Shown here: in pieces, positions 1 to 15,274 of the stretch
How positions within the stretch are numbered: position 1 is the first letter of the stretch
Layout: the number at the start of each line of letters is the position of its first letter
Source: Folioceros fuciformis
Taxonomy: Eukaryota
Direction of reading: 5' to 3'
Assembly (NCBI GenBank): GCA_049999805.1
Contig: JBNGIO010005407.1
Span: 1-59,589, forward strand
Length of the DNA stretch: 59,589 nt
The notes under the pieces: model-generated
Database searches by the model: none
What the model saw: the letters and a program-made list of their open reading frames with translations, nothing else
What the model was told of the DNA's origin: nothing
Program-made: the position numbers and the translations under genes

Positions 1-469
1 AGGGAGACGAATGAGTGGAACCTCTGCTGAGTAGAAGGTCACCTTCCCCTATCCCCCAAGTTGTACGTTGTGATCCACAGTGTGGAGTAAGGGGGACGAA
101 TCCGCCCGTCGCGCGGAGTGGAAGAGAGTTACTCCTTCCCTTATTCCCTGAACAACTGCCTGTGGAGTGTAGCCGAGGCAAGGGGAAAAAATCTGCCAGT
201 GCGCAGAGTGGAAGGGGAATGCCCACTCCCCTTATTCCCTGATCCTCTGGTTGCGTTTACAATTTGCCGGTGAGAAGTGTGTGAGAAGCGAGTGTGAAGA
301 AGAACGTGTGTGTGAGAAGTGAGAGTGAAGAAGAGCATGTGTAAGGAGGAGGAGGGTGAAGGAGTGAGTGTGTGAGAGGGAGGCCTACTGACCGTGAGTT
401 GAGAAGAGGGGAACGAATCCTCCCGCTGCGCAGAGTGGAGGGGGAATTCCTCCCTCCCTTATTCCCTGA
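1..469. repeat. Degenerate ~60-bp repeat unit (copies near 1, 91, 181, 407), probably transposon-derived
   Basis: Recurring GGGGAnGAATC...GCGCrGAGTGGA...CCCTTATTCCCTGA at 91-150, 181-242 and 407-469. A more diverged copy lies at 1-60. The first three copies are spaced 90 bp apart. Confidence 0.75.
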
Positions 470-2254
470 TCTGTAATTGCGGAAGGGTGAGCTGAGAGAC
501 GGAGAAGAACACTGGGAAATTGCTGAAGGTTACTGAAAATTGCTAAGGATTGAAGTGAATTGCTGAGAACTGGCTAGGCGATTGAGAAAGTTGGCTGAAG
601 ATTAAGTGTGATTTGTGGAGAATTTCTAAGAGATTTTGGGACATTGTGAAAGTTCGTTGGGGCTGTAGAAGATTATGGACGATTGCTGGGGAATTGTTGG
701 GTATTGCTGGACATTGCTGGGCGTTGGAGCGGAAACCCGCGTGGGAACTTGTGGCGGTGCCTGCGTCGGAAGATACTTAGTTAGGGTTTTGGGTGGGACC
801 CACCACAGTCGTGGAAGCTACTAGTGGTCGCGGAGACCACAACCGCAGTAATGGAGTAGGGACCAGAGTCGTAGAGTAGGGTCCGTGGTAGCTAAGCTAA
901 CTGAGGGGAAGTGGTAGGGCGTAGTCAGTAGTAGAACTGGAAGTAGATAAGGTTTGACCTAGGTAAGAGTCGATAGTAGAAGAACCTGTGTTACTTGGCA
1001 CAAATCATTCCCTTGGGATCGAATCCCATGGCTACAACGACATAGAGGGTTTGTGTGGGCCTCGCGGTGTCCCCGGACACAACATTTTACTCCACAGATG
1101 CGCATGGCACAACTAGGCACACCATGGTGCGTCGGAGGAACCATTTTGGTACAAGCAATCAAACACATGGAAAGGGAAAGAACAGACAAGTGACACATGA
1201 TTCACGAAGAAGAGTCTAGTGGCTCCTCACATAGCTCGTTTTTAGAAGGCAAGTAGCCATTTCTCTCCCATCGATTGCGCGCGAACCTGGCTTCCAAGTA
1301 CTCTACTTGTTCCCAATGAGTGAGGGCTCGTGAAAATACTAGCTTGCGACCCCGTCTTCATAGTACTCAACTTCATCCCAATGAGTGAGTGCTTGTGAAA
1401 CTACCATTATCTAAAAGGTGTGTGGAGAGGTTCCTCGGATAGTTCTCAGGGGAGTTGTACAGGCTTCCCGTTTACACTATTAGAAACTTCAAGACTCTTG
1501 ATGCTCATACTCTACTCTTGGATTCCAGTCATAGATTCCTAGCGTGCTTTCTTGAGGTCATGGCACTCATAGTTGAGCAGGCTAGTAATAGGGTGCTAAT
1601 TTTGGACAAGGTAAGAGAAGATGGGGAGAAGTGGAGATGGTCTACCAACAGCCAAGTAGTCTTGCACTGCACTGGTGAACACAAGCTTTGGCATGTAAGC
1701 AAATTATAACAAACATTAATCAAATACATTGTTTTAGAGTCACAATCAATTTAAGCCTAAGAGATTATTTAAAGACAATGAAAAAGCACCAACCTCCCTA
1801 TGTTAAGGGTACACAATATTTGTGTGTTTGTTGATTATTAATGATAAAAATTTAATCAAAGACCATGAGAATCTAAAGTCTCTTAAATTGTCAAGTTGAC
1901 TAAATTGGGCCTACAAGATACTAGGATAATCTTCATGAAGTCCATGAAAATCCATCTACGTGGTGCAGACTTTTTATGACAAAAATTAATCAAATTCGAA
2001 AGTAGGAGTGTTTCCTGAAGATTAAGATAATTAGCACCTATTCAAGTTCCAATTGCAAATCACAAGGGTATGTATAACAATGGGCAGTCAAAAGAGACAA
2101 TTGAAAGAATTTTAACTTGGAAGTTGGCACAAACTCTTCCCTATCATGGTGAAGGTAACTTGATTCTACATCTTTAGTTAGAAAATTGGTGTGGTGCTAG
2201 TAGGAATTCGGCGGGGTACTAGTAGAGGTTAGTAGTATGTTCTCCATTTCATAC

Positions 2255-3139
2255 TTAGTCTTTATCAAAGGAATTCGATGGGGTAGTACTACTAGTACTA
2301 CTAGTAGAGTCAGGTGATATATTCTCTGTTTCACACTTAGTCCTGATTAAAGGATGGTAGTGGAAACCATTGTACAAAACGTCAAGTGTCATAGAGCATT
2401 CGACATACACATCGATAGCCTTACTACACTTGTTTTCACTCGTATCAGCATCTTTTTCACTATGATCACTTAAGACATCATTCTTACCATACTCTTGGAT
2501 CATAATGAACTTATTTTTTGAAGCTCTTTGCCATATGCAAATATGTCTTTGTAAGCCAATGCTTAACCATAGAGTGGCAAGTGCATCTCCCCATAAGCCA
2601 ATTTCATTTTGGGATGCTTTATTCTTACCTTTGCCTTCATTGTTATCTTCAGTAGGTAGAACTTGTACAAGATCTTCAGTAGATAGGACTTGTACAACAT
2701 CTTCAATAGGTAGGACTTGTGCAAGATCTTCAGTAGGTAGGACTTGTGCAAGATCTTCAGTAGGTAGGACTTGTACAAGATGTTCAGTAGGTAGGACTTT
2801 TACAACATCTTCAGTAGGTAGGATTTGTACAACATCTTCAATAGGTAGGACTTGTACAAGATCTTCTTTCGCTGCTGATAACCTCATTTTTCGTATATAA
2901 GTTAGCATATCATTTACATCATGCATTTCTTGTAAGATTTCTGGAATATAGAGTTCCACATTATCAACTGCAATAGGGTCTTTCATTTGAATCCTTCTTT
3001 CAAACTCGTCCATCGCTAAATTTCTTAATTCCATGGAGGAGAGTTTTTCTTGTAACAAATATGATATTGCGTCAAACAAACAATTTCCAATCTTATAGTC
3101 AAAATCTTCAGGTATGACAAAGTTTATGAATTTAGACAT
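2255..3139 (-). CDS. OTU-family cysteine protease/deubiquitinase-like protein with internal 9-aa tandem repeat; single exon, probably transposon-associated
   Basis: 294-aa ORF with OTU hallmarks: IPED..GNCLFDAIS (catalytic Cys), LWGD, and LYNGFHYHPL (catalytic His). AT-rich and flanked by repeat DNA. Confidence 0.7.
   Translation of the reverse strand: MSKFINFVIPEDFDYKIGNCLFDAISYLLQEKLSSMELRNLAMDEFERRIQMKDPIAVDNVELYIPEILQEMHDVNDMLTYIRKMRLSAAKEDLVQVLPIEDVVQILPTEDVVKVLPTEHLVQVLPTEDLAQVLPTEDLAQVLPIEDVVQVLSTEDLVQVLPTEDNNEGKGKNKASQNEIGLWGDALATLWLSIGLQRHICIWQRASKNKFIMIQEYGKNDVLSDHSEKDADTSENKCSKAIDVYVECSMTLDVLYNGFHYHPLIRTKCETENISPDSTSSTSSTTPSNSFDKD
2645..2866 (-). repeat. 27-bp coding tandem repeat, ~8 copies (EDLVQVLPT)
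   Basis: Plus-strand unit TCTTCAGTAGGTAGGACTTGTACAAGA repeated in frame inside the OTU ORF. Confidence 0.95.
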
Positions 3140-3522
3140 TATATAACCTACTTAGCACACTTGGTACAAGCTAGACCCTTGTGAATATGAAAGGCTTGTA
3201 TATCACATATATAGTACCCGAAAGACAAAACCTTAAAATGAATCTCAATTAAAATCCTAAACCCTAAATCTCAGTACAATTCAACATGCTTTGTGCAAGC
3301 TATATGGCTGGTGTCTAAGTTCTTCTTCATCACATATATAGTACTCGAAATATAAAATTATTGGATAAATCTTGATATAATATTAGATTAAACATCTTAA
3401 GTGATATACATATATAGGGGGCTAATATCCTTTTGGACTTTGGGCCCCCGGTTGTTCTCCAAATGGGACAGACCAGGGGCACATCAGAGAATCTTCCGGA
3501 TAGAGGGCTAGAGTCAAATAGT

Positions 3523-7014
<3,492 letters not shown>

Positions 7015-7394
7015 TCACAAGATAGGAGCACGGCACGAGTATATATGTATCACCTTATCTACTGCCGACTTCGAGGTTCGAACTCGTGTTTGCCCAACGT
7101 CATGCCGTCACGACGCTGGGCTTGAATCGAAGAACCAAGGCAGAGCTCCTCTCAATCGGAGGAAGTGTGTTCCCTGAAATGGAGGGGCATTGCAGACTCC
7201 TCCTCTCGGCCTCTCTCTCTGCTTCTACCAAGTGGACACAGCCTCTCAAGTGAGGGCATCGTGCATGCACACAGGAAGCGATTTCACAGGAGCCGGAATT
7301 CGAGCCGGCGCCAGATGTGGACACAGAAACTTGCGTGTTAGACCAACCAAGAGGGCGTCCTCAGAGGAACATGAGCAACGGACAGCCGGTAATG

Positions 7395-10300
7395 TCAAGA
7401 CGTGACGCCCAGTTGAGCAGAAAGCCTGTCATGCATGTCCTTCAGGCCCCTGACGTACTCCACGGGCTCCGCAGACTTGACCACGAGATAGTGCCGCTTC
7501 CCGCTGGGCTGGGTGGATGTCTGCTTTGACAATCGGAGCTCGCACGAGAGGTCCCAAGGTCGGTTGTGGCAGGCCTGTAGAACCAGAGCTTTGAGGATGG
7601 CCTGCTCATGGTGGCTGGTTACTGGATGCCGTCCTCCTCCAGTTATGGTAAGACACGCGGCTCCTGCATCCACTTCCCACCCATCGCTGTGGATGATGAT
7701 CTGGCCGTGCTTTTGAACTATGCAAGCTGTTTCCAACGAGATGGAAGTCGGTATTCTGGATAAGGCTGGGCCCTGTCCTGCGAAGGTGGAGTAGAAGGTG
7801 CCATTAGGTTGGAGGTGGTGTGTACCAACTCCTGGAAGCCCTAGTAGGCTGGCTGCTGCGTACCCTGTGGCCCAGCAGATGATGTTCCTGCTCCCGTCGT
7901 CGATGGTGAAGCAGGCTGAGATGGGCGCAATGGAGGAGCCGAGGGTGTTGGGCTTCAGGTCCCTCCACAGGCTTGCAACGCCGCTTTGCCACTGTAACAC
8001 TAGTTTCCGGACACGTACTACCCTTCCTCGGATTTCACACTTGGGAGGAAGATCTTTACCTGGGTGGTATGGTTGTAGGAGTCTTAGACCTGGGATTGCA
8101 TCGTCGGCAAACAGGCTGGAGACTGGGACTTCAGGAATGTTGTGCACGGCCAGAACAGTGGCTGATGTACACCTGTAGCAACAGGTAGAGTCTGATGATG
8201 CATGTCGCAAAACACGGAAGCAGGTAAGAGCTGCCTCTTCCCCAAGGCCGGCAGGAAGGCTGGTGCGTGTGACGCTGAGAAGAACCTTCGCCGTTTCTGG
8301 CCCCTGTAAGTCCTGGACAACAATTTCCACCCATTCGCTTCGCCATGGACAGGACCACGAGCTGCCTTCCGCCTTGGGGCATTGTAGCAAGCTTATCTTC
8401 CTTACCCTGCCTGTAAATGATACCAGGTTGCCCGAAAACACGTTCGTTGAAGGGGTGCCAAGAGAAGCAGCCAGTTCCCTGGGGTACATCTCTGTCTCGT
8501 GATGATCGGATTGCTGGTGAAGGGCATCCTTGAGGCTTAACACTCCAAGGACCATTCGATCTGATACCAGCTTCTTGAAACAAGCGACGCCCTCTGCAGG
8601 AAGGTGCAATATGACATCAGCTTCTCCTGAAGATGGCATAGCCGACAATCCATTGCGGCAGAGGGCGGACGGAGCGTGATCTGCTGCCTTCTGAGGTGAC
8701 ACAGTCACACAACTTGTGCTTGGAACACCCTGCAAGGTGGCAACTTTCAAGCTCCATACATGCATCCCAGCACCAATGTCAGCTTTCCGCCCTTTCGTCT
8801 GTGACCTCTGAGCATGATGAGTCTCTAGCAGGTAGCATTCTCCGACCCGCAAGGCTGTGTGACATTCCACAGCTTCCAAGCTGAACTCCAAGAGAATCTT
8901 CCTCTTTTCCCTTTCTTCTGAGCTGTCACTTATCTTCAGCATCCCAGACTTACTGGCATGAACAGCACAGCTTTCTTGGGCAACACGGTAGTTGTTTGAC
9001 AATCCCGAAGCTCTATGATAGGAGACGGGAGGAAAACAGACCGAGCACCCAAAGCTTTCAGAGCCACGTCTACCTCCAGTGCCATCTGGCAACAGGCTAA
9101 GGCCGGTACTCTGGAAACGATCGTCGCCTTTGTGTAAGAGCACAACGATGCAGGGAAGAAAAAAGACCTCTGCCATCCACCGAGCTTTGCCGATCCCCTT
9201 CCCCATCACTGGGTGCTTGTAGGTGACCATCAGGACGCTGAAGGTGCAACCACCATCTGTGCAGATAAGTTGCTCCAATGCCTGAAGAGTATCCTCTTTT
9301 CGAGGACTTGGAGGCCGCGGCAATTGCCTGATCCAAGTTGCTTCCACCAGATGAAAATGCAAGAAAATGGTCATGGAGTCTTCTGTGGAAGATCTGCTGT
9401 ACAGTTTTCGCTTCAAAATGGTTGTCCACGACAAGGGCTGCCCATCTTCATCACAACTATCAAGTGCCTCTTTCGATTTGCCAAAGTGGAAACCCTCTAC
9501 AACCAACAGATAGTTGCGAACCTCGTACAATTTGTACAAGCTCAAGACTGAAGAAAAATCTGGGACAACTACATCAATTGCCCCCGTCGCGTCAACCAGC
9601 TGTAGCATCCCTGTAAGTCCAGATACTTGCAAATATCCCACAATAATGACGCCAAGATCTGAGCCTGACAGTGTTCTGCGCAAGTATCTTCCATTCATGC
9701 CATCCATCTGATTCTCGTTCTGACCAAACTTTGGGCTCACCATACCGTTATGCCACAACTCAGATGTAGCGTCATGCCAGAAAATTCTCACTTGTTCGAG
9801 CACATTGGAAATTGGCGGAATCTGCAAGCCAGAGCTGGTCGGGAACGACTCGCTTAATTTGCAAGCTTCGTCATGGTGCATGAACTCCTTCAGATGATTC
9901 CGCTTCTTGACCGTCGGAGGGCAAATTGCACCGAGAGAGAGGTACTCCTGGGTAAGGCCGAAACCTTTCTTAGTGCCGAAAAGCTCCTCCCGGTTGTAGA
10001 TGCCCTGAAATTTCAAGCAAAAACTTGCCATGACGAGCAAGTACCAAAGTGTTGAGGCATATGAAAGATGTTCGAGGAGCTTGCTAAGGCTGCTCTGGAC
10101 GGGCTCATGGACATGATGGAGGATGTTGGGAGCAGAGATGCTTTCCACTGCTAGATGAGATCGTGCACAAGCACCCAACAGGACAGACTCCGTGTTGTGA
10201 TTGTTGATGACAAGTTTGTGTACATTGTGTGCAATGATGGTGGCTCCAGCTCGAAGGTTGCGTAGCCCAATGTTCCTATAATGTGTCAGCAATAGCAACA

Positions 10301-11462
10301 CACTCCCCTCAATCTCTACCAGGGAGCCCTGCTCGAACAGACCCGTGACAGTCCCTTTGTAAGATGTCACCGCACCATCATCTACTGCCACCAACTCTTT
10401 AGGCCCCCGAGTCCAGGAGCTTCCATCATGAAAACACACACAGCTGCTGCCCTCAACCCTTGTGACCTTTCTCCTCCTACGATCATCGTCATCCTCCACA
10501 CCTTTCAATCGGCGTTCAGCGTCAGCAATGGTTGAAGGCAGAATCATAGAGGTCCTAGTTGCTACGTAAAATCTATACATGACTCCATCGGCCTTGAGAC
10601 TCTTCCTGCGAAGTCCAGTTATACCAACGCATTGGCCCAATGATCCCGACAGAACTGGCCACCAACAAGAGACGGCCTCAGAAAAGTACACATGCCACAA
10701 ATTGCTCTTCTGCCCCTTGGACAGACCATCATCAGACAGCACAGCCCCCGATCCTGTCGTCTTCCCCGGACACCCACAGCTACAAACCAGGCTGGCATCT
10801 CCCCCGCTCACTGTGCGGTTGTCAACCTGTGCCCCACAACCCTCCTGCTCATCTAGGAGGCACTGACACCGGGGATCATGCCTGCAAGCTCCTAATTCCA
10901 CCATAAACCCTAGCATCGACTCGTGGGACTGCTTCCCCAGCCCGTACTGCCTCGATGGGCGAACAACAGGTTCCGATCCCTCAGCTCTGTATCCTTGGGG
11001 AAGGAAAAACGGAGGGCTCATGCACTGCAGACATCCCTGTATCTCCAACCGGTTGCCCGTACCACGCTTCCCCAGGGGACTCTCCAGCAAAGGATGCCTG
11101 GCATCCGCAGAGATGGGATCGACGCAAAGAGAAGGAAAGCTCTCCCGGGCATAGCTGAAACACAGGCTTCCCGCAAGCTCCAGGCTCAGAACCTCAAGCA
11201 ATCCTCTGCTCTGCTCCAGAACCCCTCCCGCTGTGTACTTCCAGGCCTTGATTCGCACCGTCTGGTTTAAGAGCCGGCAATCAAAGCAGGGAATGTGACA
11301 ACAAACACTTCCAGAAGAATCCGACAGGGCCAGACACTCTTCCAAGATTCCGCTGCCCTTGTGACGATTGCAGAGCAGCAGCTTTCCGACAATCCAGCTC
11401 TCGGCCTCGCATGAGGAAGAACAAGCCGTGCTGCTCTCTTCCAGAACCGACACGGTGACCAT
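7395..11462 (-). CDS. CTC1: CST complex subunit CTC1 (telomere maintenance, OB folds), intronless, 1355 aa
   Basis: Long uninterrupted ORF with plant CTC1-like blocks: SYKGTVTG, LLLTH...LRAGATIIAHNVH, LLGACARSHLAVES, GYLQVSGLTGMLQLVDATGAIDVVVPD, and C-terminal FTIDDGS..CWA. Confidence 0.85.
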   Translation of the reverse strand: MVTVSVLEESSTACSSSCEAESWIVGKLLLCNRHKGSGILEECLALSDSSGSVCCHIPCFDCRLLNQTVRIKAWKYTAGGVLEQSRGLLEVLSLELAGSLCFSYARESFPSLCVDPISADARHPLLESPLGKRGTGNRLEIQGCLQCMSPPFFLPQGYRAEGSEPVVRPSRQYGLGKQSHESMLGFMVELGACRHDPRCQCLLDEQEGCGAQVDNRTVSGGDASLVCSCGCPGKTTGSGAVLSDDGLSKGQKSNLWHVYFSEAVSCWWPVLSGSLGQCVGITGLRRKSLKADGVMYRFYVATRTSMILPSTIADAERRLKGVEDDDDRRRRKVTRVEGSSCVCFHDGSSWTRGPKELVAVDDGAVTSYKGTVTGLFEQGSLVEIEGSVLLLLTHYRNIGLRNLRAGATIIAHNVHKLVINNHNTESVLLGACARSHLAVESISAPNILHHVHEPVQSSLSKLLEHLSYASTLWYLLVMASFCLKFQGIYNREELFGTKKGFGLTQEYLSLGAICPPTVKKRNHLKEFMHHDEACKLSESFPTSSGLQIPPISNVLEQVRIFWHDATSELWHNGMVSPKFGQNENQMDGMNGRYLRRTLSGSDLGVIIVGYLQVSGLTGMLQLVDATGAIDVVVPDFSSVLSLYKLYEVRNYLLVVEGFHFGKSKEALDSCDEDGQPLSWTTILKRKLYSRSSTEDSMTIFLHFHLVEATWIRQLPRPPSPRKEDTLQALEQLICTDGGCTFSVLMVTYKHPVMGKGIGKARWMAEVFFLPCIVVLLHKGDDRFQSTGLSLLPDGTGGRRGSESFGCSVCFPPVSYHRASGLSNNYRVAQESCAVHASKSGMLKISDSSEEREKRKILLEFSLEAVECHTALRVGECYLLETHHAQRSQTKGRKADIGAGMHVWSLKVATLQGVPSTSCVTVSPQKAADHAPSALCRNGLSAMPSSGEADVILHLPAEGVACFKKLVSDRMVLGVLSLKDALHQQSDHHETEMYPRELAASLGTPSTNVFSGNLVSFTGRVRKISLLQCPKAEGSSWSCPWRSEWVEIVVQDLQGPETAKVLLSVTRTSLPAGLGEEAALTCFRVLRHASSDSTCCYRCTSATVLAVHNIPEVPVSSLFADDAIPGLRLLQPYHPGKDLPPKCEIRGRVVRVRKLVLQWQSGVASLWRDLKPNTLGSSIAPISACFTIDDGSRNIICWATGYAAASLLGLPGVGTHHLQPNGTFYSTFAGQGPALSRIPTSISLETACIVQKHGQIIIHSDGWEVDAGAACLTITGGGRHPVTSHHEQAILKALVLQACHNRPWDLSCELRLSKQTSTQPSGKRHYLVVKSAEPVEYVRGLKDMHDRLSAQLGVTS

Positions 11463-11664
11463 GGCGGGCCTGGTGGGCGATACGCGCGATTCATGATGAT
11501 AAAAAAGGGCTTTGGCGTTGCCCTTTTACATACATGCGTTTAGCTCGTCCGTCGACAAGAATCCTCCTAAAGTAGTCCGGCTTCGAAGGCGCGACTTAGG
11601 AAGGACTCAGACGCGAGTCGGAAGCGAACCGAAGAGCGAGGTTTTTGCTCGAGGGTGTTCGATC
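11463..11664. promoter_or_regulatory. Probable bidirectional promoter between CTC1 and RPT3
   Basis: Head-to-head start codons only ~200 bp apart. Confidence 0.5.
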
Positions 11665-13514
<1,850 letters not shown>

Positions 13515-14099
13515 GGGAAGTGTGATATAACCGGGATGTAGGTTGTCACATGTCAACTCACCCTTGTTAATGCGTACTCATTTTAGCCCGAAAGCCTTGG
13601 CCTAGCCCCAAGCCAACGCAACCCCGGTGATGAAACTCTAATTTTCTGCGGACAAAATCGGCACAAGCCTTTTTACGATATGGCTTTCGGCCTTATTCGT
13701 TGAAGGATGGGAATGTCCGAAGCAAAGATAGCCCAGGGTCTCGTGAACACGCAGCCCCATCCACATTACGTTACTTAAGGTACCTAAAACACATGACTCG
13801 TCGTTCAAAGGTCTCCATCGTAGCTTGCACCCATGATGAGGGGCACATACACAAGTAGCATCATTTTTAAACCCCAATAAAAAAGGTTAGGCATTACTTA
13901 CTCAAGTTAATTCGAAAATTAGGATAAAGAAAGGATAATTTAAATAGTAATTATTATAATTGACATAAGAACAATAGACTTAAAAATCCTTGCCTGAAAC
14001 AAGTATGGTTTATTACTAGTGGTTATTACATGTTTATCTGAATTGTTTATAGAAATGTAAGTGAGGTATATATTATTGAAGGATTAATAATGGCCTTTG

Positions 14100-14405
14100 G
14101 CCTTGCTCAGGTTGTTCTTCCATTAATCCAATTTGGCACTGGTTATTTCTCTATTCCTCCAATTTGGCACTGCTCAGGTTGTTCCTCCATTCCTCCAATN
14201 NNNNNNNNNCCATTCCTCCAATTTGGCACTGCTCAGGTTGTTCCTCCATTCCTCCATTCCTCCAATTTGGCACTGCTCAGGTTGTTCTTCCATTCCTCCA
14301 CCCTGCTCAGGTTCTTTCTCCATTCCTCCAATTTGGTACTGCTCAGGTTGTTCCTCCATCCCTCCAATTTAGCCCACTCAAGTTGTTCCTCCATTCCTCT
14401 AATCT
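14100..14405. repeat. 36-bp tandem repeat (minisatellite) containing an assembly gap
   Basis: Unit CCATTCCTCCAATTTGGCACTGCTCAGGTTGTTCCT, about 7-8 degenerate copies. Ten Ns at 14200-14209. Confidence 0.9.
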
Positions 14406-15274
14406 TTGGAGTACATTGGAACTTTTTATCTTTTTTTAATAAAAAAATTGACATTATTAAAAAGATGAAGTGGAGGTTGTATAAGCTACCAATTGTAACC
14501 CGGCGTGAATTGACCTTGCATTGAAAATCCTGAATAAACCAAGGTCACCTTGTTCCGAGAATCCCTTGGAGCCTTGCACCAAGAATCCCCAATAAACCAA
14601 ACCAAGAGGAGGCATTTACCCTTATCAACAATACAATATCGGTACCAGACAAATTTGGCCGCCATTGTCATACATGCAGATGAGCTACATTAAAGATGAT
14701 GAACTTATAGCATAAGATTCCAACATTCTAGTCCTCAAAAGCTAGGGGACTTGGAGGGCTTGATCTCAAAGAAATAAATTCAACATTGGTTGGAAACACT
14801 CCCAATTATCTTGTGCAATGGCGTCGGGGAGCTTTGGCCAAGAATGCTCAAGCATGTCCTAAGCACCTGCATGTGTTGGGCATGTCAACTCATTGAGACA
14901 ACATTAAAGAGAAAACCACCAAGTCGTTAACAATGTGCACACACAAAAGATCTAAACAAACTAGTCGTCGGTTAGAAAATGGAAACATGTAAGATGGACA
15001 CTGCTCTGCAATTTTTATCCATCCATGCCCAGCATCATCCACCATCCAAATACCATCACAACACAACAACAGCCTTCCCCTATACACTACCAAACGAGCT
15101 AGTGTATCTGGATACAGAATACCAAGATCTGTCTTGAGCTCACGAGGACCTTCCAAATTCCATAAAATCCATGGACCGGTTTCTGTGTTAAGTTGCACCA
15201 CTCTAGGATGTCTCGAACCAACTATCATAAGCGTTGGCGCGTACAAAACCTGTGAAGTCGTCAAACATTTCAGC

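Noticed and set aside
7071-7086. GGTTCGAACTC B-box/T-loop-like motif (also at ~34512)
   Set aside because: No cloverleaf or properly spaced A-box, so not called as tRNA or SINE.
14486-15260. Short minus-strand ORFs vaguely resembling an F-box-associated beta-propeller fragment downstream of the PPR gene
   Set aside because: No convincing motif or continuous frame, so a product call cannot be supported.
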